From the NCBI GenBank assembly GCA_038043465.1, contig JBBTBX010000009.1:101383-165382 (forward strand): 64,000 nucleotides of DNA, given 5' to 3'. Made by a program: the position numbers and the translations under genes. Positions within the stretch are counted from its first letter, which is position 1. Every line of letters starts with the position of its first letter. Positions 40,610-50,832 of the stretch are shown here, one piece after another. This DNA is from Pseudomonadota bacterium. GTDB lineage: Bacteria; Pseudomonadota; Alphaproteobacteria; Rickettsiales; SXRF01. The notes under the pieces are model-generated. The model was not told the origin of the DNA. It did not search any database and saw only the letters and a list, made by a program, of their open reading frames with translations.

Positions 40610-41691
40610 CTGCCCTCTATTTGCTGAATCAGATAACGACCTATCTCTGTTAACGGCAGCACTGCCCGACATAATTTATTCTCCACAACTGCTTTGGGCA
40701 TGCCATACACAGTACAACTACTTTCATCCTGTGCAATTACGCTACCACCATTTTCAACTACAACTTTAGAACCCAGCATTCCATCCTGCCCCATACCCGT
40801 AAGCACCACAACAACCAAATGTCTACCATATACTTTACTTAAAGACCTGAGCATGGGATCAGCAGCAGGTCTACAAAAATTTTCCTGCGGTTCTTTGTTT
40901 ATAGAAATAACCGCCTGCCCGCCAGAATTTTTTTCTACGACCATATGAAAATCACCAGGCGCAATATATACATTTCCAGCTGCTGCAGTCTCTCCACCCT
41001 TAACTTCAATACAGTTACGAGATGATGATTTTGCCAGATGCTCTGCCAGAATTGTGGTAAATGTTGGTGGCATGTGCTGAGTAATAAAAACAGGTATATT
41101 CTGCAAACGACCTTTAAGCGATTCAAATAAAGACATAAGAGCCTGTGGCCCACCAGTGGAAGATGCAATAGCAAGAGCCTTTACTCCGGTAACATGCAGA
41201 GGAATATTAGAGGTCGAAACCAACTGAACAACAGACGGTTCTTTTACAGCTATAGCAGGAACAAAAGTACTTGCTGACGGGGCATTGTTACGCTTACTGC
41301 CAAGCCCCTTAACTTTCCCTATAAGTTCACGATAAAAAACGTCAACCTCATGACCATCTTTGGACGATGGCTTGGCAAGGTAATCGGTAGCTCCAAGCTG
41401 TAATGCTTTCATACTAAGGCTAGCATTGCTTCTGGTAAGAGCAGAAGCCATGATAACCTTGCTGGATGGAGATGCTTTAAGGATATCAGGCAAAGCTGCC
41501 AGCCCATCCATAAGAGGCATTTCTATATCAAGTACAACAACGTCGGGATGCAGACTACCAGCCATATTAATGGCCATACTGCCATTGGATGCCGTACCAA
41601 CGATCTCTATGGCAGGATCAACAGAGAGGGCTTTAGACATCAAACCACGTATAACCGCAGAATCATCAACTAGTAAAACTTTAACTGGCAC
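40606..41691 (-). CDS. cheB: Chemotaxis methylesterase CheB
   Basis: REC domain plus SSTGGP, QHMP, LTGMGQDG, YGMP. Confidence 0.96.
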   Translation of the reverse strand: MPVKVLLVDDSAVIRGLMSKALSVDPAIEIVGTASNGSMAINMAGSLHPDVVVLDIEMPLMDGLAALPDILKASPSSKVIMASALTRSNASLSMKALQLGATDYLAKPSSKDGHEVDVFYRELIGKVKGLGSKRNNAPSASTFVPAIAVKEPSVVQLVSTSNIPLHVTGVKALAIASSTGGPQALMSLFESLKGRLQNIPVFITQHMPPTFTTILAEHLAKSSSRNCIEVKGGETAAAGNVYIAPGDFHMVVEKNSGGQAVISINKEPQENFCRPAADPMLRSLSKVYGRHLVVVVLTGMGQDGMLGSKVVVENGGSVIAQDESSCTVYGMPKAVVENKLCRAVLPLTEIGRYLIQQIEGR

Positions 41692-41721
41692 GAAACCCTT
41701 CCTTCTGCAAACGCAGTTAAC

Positions 41722-42099
41722 TTAAAAAGCCATGCCTATCTGCTCTAATTTACCCTTAACAATTTCACCATCAAATGGCTTCATTATATATTCATTAGCC
41801 CCAGATTCCAAAGCTTGCATTATATTCCCCATCTCACTCTCCGTAGTACAGAATATAACCTTTGGAAAATCGCCGCTCGGCATAGCTCGCAAAGCCTTGA
41901 CAAATTCCAGCCCATTCATTACCGGCATATGCCAATCAAGCAATATCATATCAGGCATATTTGCCTTATTCTCAACACAGTATTCCACTGCTTTCTGCCC
42001 GTCCTCAGCCTCAGAGACTGTAAATCCGAGTTCTTCCATAATACGGCGCTCTAACTTACGAACAACTTTGGAATCGTCAACAATAAGACATGATGGCAT
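41722..42099 (-). CDS. cheY: Response regulator CheY
   Basis: Single REC domain, IVDDS, LLDWHMP, KPF; operon position. Confidence 0.9.
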   Translation of the reverse strand: MPSCLIVDDSKVVRKLERRIMEELGFTVSEAEDGQKAVEYCVENKANMPDMILLDWHMPVMNGLEFVKALRAMPSGDFPKVIFCTTESEMGNIMQALESGANEYIMKPFDGEIVKGKLEQIGMAF

Positions 42100-42163
42100 A
42101 GCACAGACCCTTATTTGTTATTTTTAATCTTCTTAACACGACGCACAATGAATAAGATAATCC

Positions 42164-42667
42164 CTATATTGTAAGCAGGGACTGCACATCAACAATAACC
42201 AGCAACTCTCCTGAGAGTTTATATATACCAGTTGTAACTTCCTTCCATTCTCCCCCAAGATTAGCAGGAGATTTTTCGATAGAGTGATAAGGAACCGTCA
42301 TAACCTCTCCCACACTATCAACCATCAGACTGAATAATTCCCCCCTGTACTCAACCACCACAAACATACTTTTTGAGTCTTCAGGTCTTTCGGGCAGGCG
42401 CAAACGGCGACGGAGATTGATTACGGTTACAATACGTCCACGCAAATTAAGTGACCCAGATACTTCCGGAGCAGAAAGAGGAATATGAGTTATTTTCTGC
42501 TGCCGCAAAACATCGCGTACATTTTTTACCGGAATTCCAATAAGCTGATCTTCCACACGCATTGTAACATACATATGGTTTTCTGTATCCAGCATGCCGT
42601 ACAACGCTCCTGCATTTGCAGCAGCAACACTGGGATCAATAGATATAACGTTTGCAGATGCAGTCAT
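42164..42667 (-). CDS. cheW: CheW adaptor
   Basis: GSLNLRGRIVTVI, LMVDSVGEV. Confidence 0.95.
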   Translation of the reverse strand: MTASANVISIDPSVAAANAGALYGMLDTENHMYVTMRVEDQLIGIPVKNVRDVLRQQKITHIPLSAPEVSGSLNLRGRIVTVINLRRRLRLPERPEDSKSMFVVVEYRGELFSLMVDSVGEVMTVPYHSIEKSPANLGGEWKEVTTGIYKLSGELLVIVDVQSLLTI

Positions 42668-45405
42668 TACGCAGCCTCCTTATGTGCAACAATAAAATGT
42701 GCTACTGCATCAAGAAGACCTGGACGATCGGTTTTCACGATACAGTCGCTCATTCCTACATCCTTACTACGAGAAATAACATCTTTACTAAGTGATGCAG
42801 TATAACCAACGATTGGGGTTCCATTAACCTGCGCGCTTTTACGGCAAGCAGTTACAAATTCAAAACCGTCCATGACCGGCATTTCTATATCAGTAACGAT
42901 AAGATCAAACGTCATCTTGTCTTCAGTCAGCATATGCAGAGCTTCCTGACCGTTTTCAGCTGATGTAACCTTATAGCCAACCGCCGATAACATAGGCACT
43001 GTTAAATTACGGAAGAAAGGACTATCTTCAACCAGCAGGATTGTCTTATTCTGCGCCTTCTGTTTACCTGACGCTCCAAGGTCAGCCACCATATCTTCCA
43101 CCAGATCTGAAAGTAGATACCCAATATCAACCACATCTGTGGTTTTACCGGAAATTACCATGCTGCCAAGGTAACCATTCTGTTTTGCTTCTTTCGAGGT
43201 AAGCTTTATGTCAAACGGAGCTTTAACGATATCGATAATTTCATCGACAACCAGGCCTATAACTTTTTTGTCATAACCAAAAACTATAACATCAACGGTT
43301 CCACTGTTTGGCATTTTAAATTCATCATCAAGAGTGATAAGTCGCATTAAATCACCGCGATACTGCACTACCGGTTTATCTCCGGCAACCTCAATATCTT
43401 TGACATTAATTTCTTCCAGGCGTGAGATAAGCTCAAGCGGAACAGCTTTCGGAGCTCCCTTACCCAGAGTGAATGACAGGAAGCCTATCATATCCTGCTT
43501 GCTCTCGCCCATTGCCAGAGCAGCATTGGCATCCTCACGCTCACTAATTTCAGCATTGCTTATCGTACGGGCAATGCCATTAGGATCAAGAATCATAATT
43601 ACGCTTCCATCACCTAAAATAGTATTTCCGGAGTAAATCGATAGTGACTTCAAAAGATCGGAAACAGGCTTAACCACAATTTCCTCTGTGTCAAAAACTC
43701 TGTCAACAAGTATACCAAAATCGTAGCTACCTACCCTGCAGACAACTATATATACTTCCCTCTGAAGCAGCTCATTATGATTACAAGGGAAACCAAGAGT
43801 CTCTGACATTATGGCAAGAGGCAGAAGCTTATCGCGCAGACGCATGACCAGTGAGTCATTAATCATTTCAAGCTGCACTCCTGCGCCAGGAGCTGCCCTA
43901 ACCAGCTCCACCACATTTATCTGAGGAATAGCAAATTTCTGACTGTTGCTTTCAACTATAAGCACTGAAACTATCGCCAGAGTAAGAGGTATTTTTACAG
44001 CAACCTTTGAACCTTTTCCCCATGTCGAATCAAGATCTATAGTACCACCAATTTTCTGGATATTGGTTTTTACAACATCCATACCAACTCCACGTCCGGA
44101 AACGCTGGTAACTTTTTCGGCAGTTGAAAATCCAGCTGCAAAAATAAACTGGGCAATTTGTTTTTCGCTCATATTATCAAGCGCTGCTTCTGTTGCAATA
44201 CCATTAGCCAATGCCTTCTGTTTTACACGCTCGATATTAATGCCACGACCATCATCAATAATCTCAATTATTATATGCCCGCCTTCATGATAGGCAGAAA
44301 GAGTAACCGTACCTACTTCCTGCTTGCCGGCAGCACGACGCTCCGCCGGAGTTTCCAGACCATGATCGCATGAATTGCGAACCATGTGGGTAAGCGGATC
44401 TTTGATAACCTCCAGTAGCTGCCTGTCTAATTCGGTTTCCGCTCCATGCATTTTTAATTCAATTTTTTTACCAAGATCAAGAGATAGGTCTCTAATCAAA
44501 CGCGGAAATTTAGACCAGCCATTGCCTATAGGTTGCATGCGGGTTTTCATTACGCCTTCCTGCAGCTCTGATGTAATATGGCTTAATTGCTGCAATGGTG
44601 TAATTAACTCTTTATCATCTTTCGTACGCACAATCTGCATCAGCTGGTTACGGGTAAGCACCAGCTCGCTGACCATCTGCATGAGGTTTTCCAAAACATC
44701 AATATTAACGCGGATGCTTTGGGCAGTTTCATTATGCCCTTCTTTCTCTTTTTCTTCAGTTTTAGCAACCACAGGCTTTACCGGAGGAGCTTTGGAAGCA
44801 ATATCAATTGGTGCTGCAGGAGCGACAGAAACAACTTCAATCTTAGGAGCTGCTTTCTCATCCTTAGTAACCGCCTCATCATCACCTTTAAAATGAGGAA
44901 ATTCAGCTATAGCTATACGTTCAATAGCTTCCGTTATTTCTTTATCATCTGCACTTGCTGACGAAGAAGATGCGTTTATTATCGCAACTACTTCTTTTAA
45001 TTCAGGGGATGCGCCTTCACCTACCCTACCGGTTTCCGCAAACTGGTTCAGACGCTCAATCAGCTGAGCGTCATCACCACCCTGCTCTTCACCGTTCTGA
45101 CTTAAATAGTCAATAAGACCTTTGATATTATCAAGCGATTCCAAAACAAGGGTAATGGCTTCAGGAGTTGCCTCAAGCTGCTTTTCACGAATTTTCCCCA
45201 GAACATTCTCAGAAGCATGCGCCACACGCTCCAAACGAGGCAAACCAAGAAACCCGCAGGTTCCTTTAATCGTATGCATGATACGAAAAATATTACCTAG
45301 AATACCTTCATCCTGAGGGTTTTGCTCAAGCTTAACCAACTCAAGATCCAAAGTGGCTAGACCTTCACTGGTTTCAGTAATAAACTCTACTATTAGATCA
45401 TCCAT
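42667..45405 (-). CDS. cheA: Hybrid chemotaxis kinase CheA with two CheW-like domains and C-terminal REC
   Basis: HTIKG, HMVRNSCDHG, SGRGVGMDVV, PLTLAI, C-terminal VEDS..TDIEMP. Confidence 0.96.
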   Translation of the reverse strand: MDDLIVEFITETSEGLATLDLELVKLEQNPQDEGILGNIFRIMHTIKGTCGFLGLPRLERVAHASENVLGKIREKQLEATPEAITLVLESLDNIKGLIDYLSQNGEEQGGDDAQLIERLNQFAETGRVGEGASPELKEVVAIINASSSSASADDKEITEAIERIAIAEFPHFKGDDEAVTKDEKAAPKIEVVSVAPAAPIDIASKAPPVKPVVAKTEEKEKEGHNETAQSIRVNIDVLENLMQMVSELVLTRNQLMQIVRTKDDKELITPLQQLSHITSELQEGVMKTRMQPIGNGWSKFPRLIRDLSLDLGKKIELKMHGAETELDRQLLEVIKDPLTHMVRNSCDHGLETPAERRAAGKQEVGTVTLSAYHEGGHIIIEIIDDGRGINIERVKQKALANGIATEAALDNMSEKQIAQFIFAAGFSTAEKVTSVSGRGVGMDVVKTNIQKIGGTIDLDSTWGKGSKVAVKIPLTLAIVSVLIVESNSQKFAIPQINVVELVRAAPGAGVQLEMINDSLVMRLRDKLLPLAIMSETLGFPCNHNELLQREVYIVVCRVGSYDFGILVDRVFDTEEIVVKPVSDLLKSLSIYSGNTILGDGSVIMILDPNGIARTISNAEISEREDANAALAMGESKQDMIGFLSFTLGKGAPKAVPLELISRLEEINVKDIEVAGDKPVVQYRGDLMRLITLDDEFKMPNSGTVDVIVFGYDKKVIGLVVDEIIDIVKAPFDIKLTSKEAKQNGYLGSMVISGKTTDVVDIGYLLSDLVEDMVADLGASGKQKAQNKTILLVEDSPFFRNLTVPMLSAVGYKVTSAENGQEALHMLTEDKMTFDLIVTDIEMPVMDGFEFVTACRKSAQVNGTPIVGYTASLSKDVISRSKDVGMSDCIVKTDRPGLLDAVAHFIVAHKEAA

Positions 45406-45443
45406 ATTAATATCCTACCTGTTATAATTTATGATGTACCGCA

Positions 45444-46094
45444 CTACTCTCCAGAAGACTGAACCACTCGTAAAACTAATTCGTCAGCACCAACTTTCCA
45501 CTCAACCGCCGCTTTTAAATCGTCAGCATAATGACGCGTCAGATGCAACTGTACATTTTTTGTATTCACCACACAATCAGAAGATGAAACAGAAAAAACT
45601 TTTTCTGCCTCACTATCCCATTTCAGATTTGCACCTGTCGCCAATACTGTAATTACCTTACGCAATGAATCATCTTTATCCAATCTAACTGATATTTTTC
45701 CACCACGAATTAAAGCAGAAGATGCTATGACAAGGAGATTATACGTAAGACGCAACATTTTAAGGCTGATGGAAATTCCAGCAGCATCTGTGTGTGTCTC
45801 CGGCCAATCAAGCTCGATTTTAGTTCCAACAAAAAAATCTGAAGCTATTTTCTGTTTTTCGGAAAGGTTGGCCTCGCCATGCTCCTTCACATTACCGTAA
45901 GCTATACGATAAAACTGCAAACGGCTCACTGCAGAAAAAGCACTGCTCACTATTAAATCGACAGCTTGACTCTGAAGATCAAAACCTTCTTCACTTAAAA
46001 ATTCCGCGCCGTTATTTACCGCTCCTATTGGCCCCGTAAGGTCATGACATAATCGCGTACATAGAAGTTCAGCAAAATACATTTTCTCGTTCAT
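45444..46094 (-). CDS. chpT: Histidine phosphotransferase ChpT
   Basis: LLCTRLCHDL.GP.GA.NNG.E, RLQFYRIAYG, RGG. Confidence 0.9.
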   Translation of the reverse strand: MNEKMYFAELLCTRLCHDLTGPIGAVNNGAEFLSEEGFDLQSQAVDLIVSSAFSAVSRLQFYRIAYGNVKEHGEANLSEKQKIASDFFVGTKIELDWPETHTDAAGISISLKMLRLTYNLLVIASSALIRGGKISVRLDKDDSLRKVITVLATGANLKWDSEAEKVFSVSSSDCVVNTKNVQLHLTRHYADDLKAAVEWKVGADELVLRVVQSSGE

Positions 46095-46376
46095 GAACAA
46101 ATTTCTTCCTCTATATCTTGTATAGTAAAATATTTTTCCTCATAACTATTGCCTATAAAGATAAATTTTTAGTAAACGGAATGGCTTTGACTGAAATTTA
46201 AATAAAATTTTATATATTTATTTTATGTAGTATTGCTCCAGTAAATTCATACTCTCGCAATCCACACTTATATCAATAACATAATGATTATTATAAATTT
46301 ATCGCTTTAAGCATTGACTTACAAAGAAAAAACCAATAGATTTCACAAACAATCAACCGCACTATAATGAAGAGCT

Positions 46377-47081
46377 GTGCCTGAAAAACAAACATCCGGA
46401 AGAAATACATCTGACCAGTCCAATACTATTGGCATCAGATTAAAAGCAGAAATAGCAAAAACCGGGATAAGTGCTGCGGAGATTGCTCGCCGTTCCGGTG
46501 TTCTCACGTCTTTTATATACGATATCTTAAGCGGAAAATCTACCAATCCATCTATACTAAAACTTGCTATGGTCGCTGATTGCCTTGGTGTAAGCCTGAC
46601 TTATCTGATAGGTAGTGAATTAGAAAATAACCCGGCTATTACCAGAAACAGGAATGAAGAAAAATATATTTCAATCCCTCATATAAAGTTGAATAGTTCA
46701 AAAAATATTAAGAAGGGCTTTGTATCTTTTAAAGGAGAAGACGAACCATACCTTTTTAATGCCGGATGGATACGCGACAATTTTAATGTTGATGCAGCTT
46801 CCCTACGAATATTCACAATAATCGGTGACAGCATGGAACCCACAATCTGTAATAATGATATTGTGCTTATTGATACTAAGCAGACAATTCCTTCGCCTTC
46901 AGGTATATTTATAATATTTGATGGGCTCGGGCTTACAGCCAAAAGACTTGAATATGTTTTTGAAAATGATTCCCGGAATATTCGTATTATTTCTGACAAC
47001 AAGTGCTATTCGACATATGATAGCTCATTATCAGACATAATTGCAGTCGGTAGAGTTATATGGTTTTCACGCACAATATGA
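46377..47081 (+). CDS. CI/LexA-like repressor (XRE HTH plus S24 peptidase)
   Basis: N-terminal HTH; GDSMEP, AKRL, ISDN, GRV. Confidence 0.9.
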   Translation: MPEKQTSGRNTSDQSNTIGIRLKAEIAKTGISAAEIARRSGVLTSFIYDILSGKSTNPSILKLAMVADCLGVSLTYLIGSELENNPAITRNRNEEKYISIPHIKLNSSKNIKKGFVSFKGEDEPYLFNAGWIRDNFNVDAASLRIFTIIGDSMEPTICNNDIVLIDTKQTIPSPSGIFIIFDGLGLTAKRLEYVFENDSRNIRIISDNKCYSTYDSSLSDIIAVGRVIWFSRTI

Positions 47082-47722
47082 CCCTGCTTTTTATGTCTGC
47101 CTAGTTCGCCAACCTTCCGATATAAGGTCGAGCGACCAATGCCAAGACTGCGTGCTGCTTTGCTCATTGATCCACCACAAGCATTTAAAGCATAACGAAT
47201 AGCATCTTCTTCAAGATGACGCAGTTTCTTAACCGTACCGTCTCCTGCCAGCAAAGTTTGAGATACATCCATAGTTGACGCAATCTGTGCGCCCCCATCA
47301 AATTCCAGTTGCTTTTCCAGCCGTTCAATCATTTTATACAAATTACGGGTACGCAGGGCACTTGCAATTGAAAGCCCCAGGCGTTCGATTGTAAGCGGCT
47401 TGGTAAGAAAATCATTAGCTCCGGCATTTATGGTCTCCACAGCCTTTTCCGTGTCCCCATATTCAACCATAATTATAATAGGGAAATCAGGTTTGCAGTG
47501 CTTAATTATATTAACCACATGAATAGCATCGATCTGTAATACACTCATATCAAGCAGCATTATACTGGGAACACAATTAACCGGCAGTACGGCATTAATT
47601 GCCTTTTGACCACTTGTAACTATCATGGTATTATATTTCAACCTGTTATTGATTGCGGTTTCCAGAACCCTCGCCTGAGCCTCGTCACCATCTACAATTA
47701 ATATAGTATCTGAATCTGACAT
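47006..47722 (-). CDS. Response regulator REC plus Fis-type HTH, no AAA+ domain
   Basis: REC (LLD, GANDFLTKP) joined by a short linker to LEEDAIRYAL...SKAARSLGIGRSTLYRK. Confidence 0.85.
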   Translation of the reverse strand: MSDSDTILIVDGDEAQARVLETAINNRLKYNTMIVTSGQKAINAVLPVNCVPSIMLLDMSVLQIDAIHVVNIIKHCKPDFPIIIMVEYGDTEKAVETINAGANDFLTKPLTIERLGLSIASALRTRNLYKMIERLEKQLEFDGGAQIASTMDVSQTLLAGDGTVKKLRHLEEDAIRYALNACGGSMSKAARSLGIGRSTLYRKVGELGRHKKQGHIVRENHITLPTAIMSDNELSYVE

Positions 47723-47882
47723 GTCTTCTTGCCTCCGCTAAACAACTCGATAGGTTTAGGTTGTATATTTTTTTTATTTAACAATCAATAGTTTTAACGA
47801 GGCAAAGATGATTAGATTTTTTTAATGTATTTCATATTAAATAATGTTAATGATAGAACAGCAACTAAATTGAGAATATATA

Positions 47883-49400
47883 ATGTTAAAATTTCGCTTC
47901 ATATTATTGCTATCTGTCGCCCTCATGTCCTCCGGTTATCGCTGGAGGTGTTATGCTTTTTGTGATGAACAAACGGCAATTCAAAATGACTATACGGAAC
48001 AGCGCGATGACTGCCGTGGTTTTGCTCAGGACAATATAGATGCGGAGATGGCAAAAGCTCCCAATCCCAATAGTGTAAAAGCAAGAAAAATTAAGCTTAT
48101 CGCCCTGTTCAGCGATTGCATGGCGCAATATGGCTGGGATGTACCTAAAGTAAATGATAAAGGTGGCAAGCTTGCTGATAGTGGCGAAGTTCCTCTTTAC
48201 ACATCAACTGTATCGAAACTGGCGGCTTCAGAAAAAAATCCAGATGCTGAAGTCCCTAACACCCCTGCTCCTGTTGAAGGAGAAATAACCGAGCAAGACC
48301 TGCCTGCCCGGAAAACGCCAGTTGGGAATATTCCAAAACAACAGGAAATTAAACAACAGGAAAATCTTAAACAGGAAAATTCTAAGAACACCAATAACAC
48401 CAATACTGTAGTGCAGAAATCAGCGAAAAGCAAAGCGCAAAGCGGAAAATCACAATCAGCTACACAAACTGATAATATACAGAATCAGCCTGCTACAACT
48501 AAAAGCAAAAAATCTGTAAAAACCAGTAAGGAACAGAACGATCAGAAACCAGCCGACAACCAAGTAAAATCATCATCGCAGAAAACAACTTCCACCACCA
48601 GCTCTACTACTACCAACAAGGTTATAGAAAAACCTGCCAGTGAACAACAGAGCACGCAGCCGATACCTATACCGCCACCACCACCCGCAAATTCCACAAG
48701 TTACAGGAAAGTTACAAACAACAATAATTCTCTTTCTCAGCCCACAGATAATAAAGCGGGTAATAACAGCCATCCGCCAATACAGAAATTGTCTCCTGAA
48801 GCTGGGCGGTATGAACCTCCTGCGACTATTTCTACCACCTCTGAACCGATAAAAAATTCTCCAAATCCGACTTACACCAGAGAGACAAATAGCGTAAACA
48901 ACATGCCGGCAAACTCTTCTGTATATACCGACCAGACTACATCTGACGATATGCGGCAACCAACTTTATCCGCAAACAGAGCTCAAATTGTAAGCAGCAG
49001 CAATAGCGAATCAACCAATCAGATAATCAAAGAAAAAGAGAGCATAGAACGAATAACAAGTTCTCAGCAAAGCGACAATGTGTCAAATGCTACTACTGTT
49101 ACTACTGCTACCGCCCCACCAGCCGCAGCTGGCGTTTTATTGCCAGGGATTGATGAATCAGCGATCCCATCGCAACCGCGAGTGACAAAAAACAATTCAG
49201 CAACGCAAAAGACTTCAGAATGTGAATATGCCAGACGTTCGGCAGGTGTATCAGAAGCCGCCGCTAAAAAGGCAAAGGAATGTGATATAGAATGTGCAAA
49301 GCAGCGAAAAGTACTGCCAAAAACTGTTACTCCACCAGCCTGCCCTATAAAGGATCCAGCCGTGAATTTGCTCGATACGCAGCTCGGAAACAAACCATAA
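47883..49400 (+). CDS. Secreted protein with Cys-containing termini and a long low-complexity linker
   Basis: Signal peptide; 4 Cys near each end; S/T/N/Q/P/K-rich middle. Confidence 0.7.
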   Translation: MLKFRFILLLSVALMSSGYRWRCYAFCDEQTAIQNDYTEQRDDCRGFAQDNIDAEMAKAPNPNSVKARKIKLIALFSDCMAQYGWDVPKVNDKGGKLADSGEVPLYTSTVSKLAASEKNPDAEVPNTPAPVEGEITEQDLPARKTPVGNIPKQQEIKQQENLKQENSKNTNNTNTVVQKSAKSKAQSGKSQSATQTDNIQNQPATTKSKKSVKTSKEQNDQKPADNQVKSSSQKTTSTTSSTTTNKVIEKPASEQQSTQPIPIPPPPPANSTSYRKVTNNNNSLSQPTDNKAGNNSHPPIQKLSPEAGRYEPPATISTTSEPIKNSPNPTYTRETNSVNNMPANSSVYTDQTTSDDMRQPTLSANRAQIVSSSNSESTNQIIKEKESIERITSSQQSDNVSNATTVTTATAPPAAAGVLLPGIDESAIPSQPRVTKNNSATQKTSECEYARRSAGVSEAAAKKAKECDIECAKQRKVLPKTVTPPACPIKDPAVNLLDTQLGNKP

Positions 49401-49485
49401 AGCTCAAAATCAGCTAAAATCCATAGGATAGTAGTGAAATTACCTCTAGTTTCTGCTATAATGTAACTATAATGAGATATTTAAT

Positions 49486-50298
49486 ATGCTTTATTGGACA
49501 GTAGCAGTAGTTACACTATATTCCGGAATTGTAGCATTCATGGCTATATTCCAGAGAAAACTCCTCTATTTTCCGGATAAAAAAATAGGACATCCGGAAA
49601 TTTATGGGATTTCCGGGTTCAGTGAATTTTTTATCAAAACAGAAGATAATATAACCATTCAGGCGTGGCATAAGCCAGCAAAGGATAACAATCCGACAAT
49701 ATTATATTTCCATGGCAATGCTTCGCATATGGGTAACCGCGCCGGCATTTATTCCGCATTTGCAGGAAGAGGTTTTGGTGTACTTTCCATCAGTTATCGT
49801 GGATATGGAAAGAGCGAAGGAAGCCCAGATGAAAAGGGATTATACGCTGACGCGCAGGCGGCTATTTTATTTCTTACTAAAGAAAATGAAATATCATTGG
49901 ATAATATTATATTATATGGCGAATCTCTGGGAACTGGTGTTGCCGTGCAGATGGCACAGGAACACAATGTTAAAGCGGTTATACTTCAGGCTCCCTACAC
50001 TTCTGTTTCCGGCAGGGCAGCTGAGATTTACTTCTTTATGCCGGTTAAGCTGGTGATGCTCGACCATTTTGATTCCTTAAGCAAAATAGCAAACATAAAA
50101 TCTCCATTGCTTATTTTACACGGAGAGCTAGACACAACCATTCCTATCCGGCACGGCAAAACTTTACTGAAAGCGGCAAAAACCCAGAAAGAAGCGGTAT
50201 TCTTTCATGACGTTGGACATAATAATTTTGACAGTGCGACAATAGCAGAAAATGTAATGGATTTTATAATCCGGATGGATAACAGAGCAAACCAGTAG
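49486..50298 (+). CDS. Alpha/beta hydrolase (Bem46/ABHD13-like)
   Basis: FQRKLLYFP, FHGNA, YRGYG.S.G.P.E.G, GESLG, GHNN. Confidence 0.92.
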   Translation: MLYWTVAVVTLYSGIVAFMAIFQRKLLYFPDKKIGHPEIYGISGFSEFFIKTEDNITIQAWHKPAKDNNPTILYFHGNASHMGNRAGIYSAFAGRGFGVLSISYRGYGKSEGSPDEKGLYADAQAAILFLTKENEISLDNIILYGESLGTGVAVQMAQEHNVKAVILQAPYTSVSGRAAEIYFFMPVKLVMLDHFDSLSKIANIKSPLLILHGELDTTIPIRHGKTLLKAAKTQKEAVFFHDVGHNNFDSATIAENVMDFIIRMDNRANQ

Positions 50299-50368
50299 AT
50301 GCTGCAAGGAAAAAATTAAGGCAGCACCGCTGGGCAGTGCCACCCTACAAATAATCAATAGTTTATAA

Positions 50369-50542
50369 TTAGCGGTTAGCTGAAGTAAGAGTACTTGAAA
50401 CCTTACTGAATGAGTTAGTTACGCTGTTACCAACGCGACCCATAGCCAGAATAGCTACGATAGAAACTAGAGCTGCAATAAGAGCATACTCAATCGCAGT
50501 AGCACCATCTTCTGATTTTAAGAAACGAATCATTGTCTGCAT
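50369..50542 (-). CDS. Flp family (Tad) pilin, copy 1 (not in ORF track)
   Basis: MQTMIRFLKSEDGATAIEYALIAALVSIVAILAMGRVGNSVTNSFSKVSSTLTSANR; G/ATAIEY Flp motif. Confidence 0.95.
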   Translation of the reverse strand: MQTMIRFLKSEDGATAIEYALIAALVSIVAILAMGRVGNSVTNSFSKVSSTLTSANR

Positions 50543-50615
50543 AATATTCCCTTAAACTTGATTGTTGATAGGACAACTGAATATATCAGCTACTAACTAT
50601 TATTAGCAAACATTC

Positions 50616-50631
50616 GTTAACGACAAGTAAA
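50616..50631 (-). promoter_or_regulatory. CtrA-box-like site upstream of pilin copy 1
   Basis: TTTA-N7-TTAAC; half-sites conserved at the same position upstream of copy 2. Confidence 0.5.
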
Positions 50632-50681
50632 TATTACGAATTATAGTAAAAATATATTAATATGCTATATTACTTGCGACT

Positions 50682-50702
50682 CCCTCTCCCGGAGGGAGAG
50701 GG
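50682..50702. repeat. Short GC-rich REP-like hairpin
   Basis: CCCTCTCCC-GGA-GGGAGAGGG in an AT-rich spacer. Confidence 0.55.
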
Positions 50703-50778
50703 AATTCGAGAATGACGCTAATTAAACATTAACTGCTATACAATTTTTGTATCTCTGGATTCTGTGCCTCTATAACAG

Positions 50779-50809
50779 AAAAACGGCACCACAAGAATGA
50801 TGCCGTTTT
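50779..50809 (-). terminator. Terminator of pilin copy 2
   Basis: AAAAACGGCACCA...TGATGCCGTTTT. Confidence 0.75.
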
Positions 50810-50832
50810 ACAAAACCAGATAATACCGAGAA

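Noticed and set aside
40610-40672. N-terminal extension of CheR
   Set aside because: Overlaps cheB; ATGA coupling at 40609 is more plausible.
46377-47081. Prophage at the CI-like repressor
   Set aside because: No integrase, structural or replication genes nearby; the flanks are core genes.
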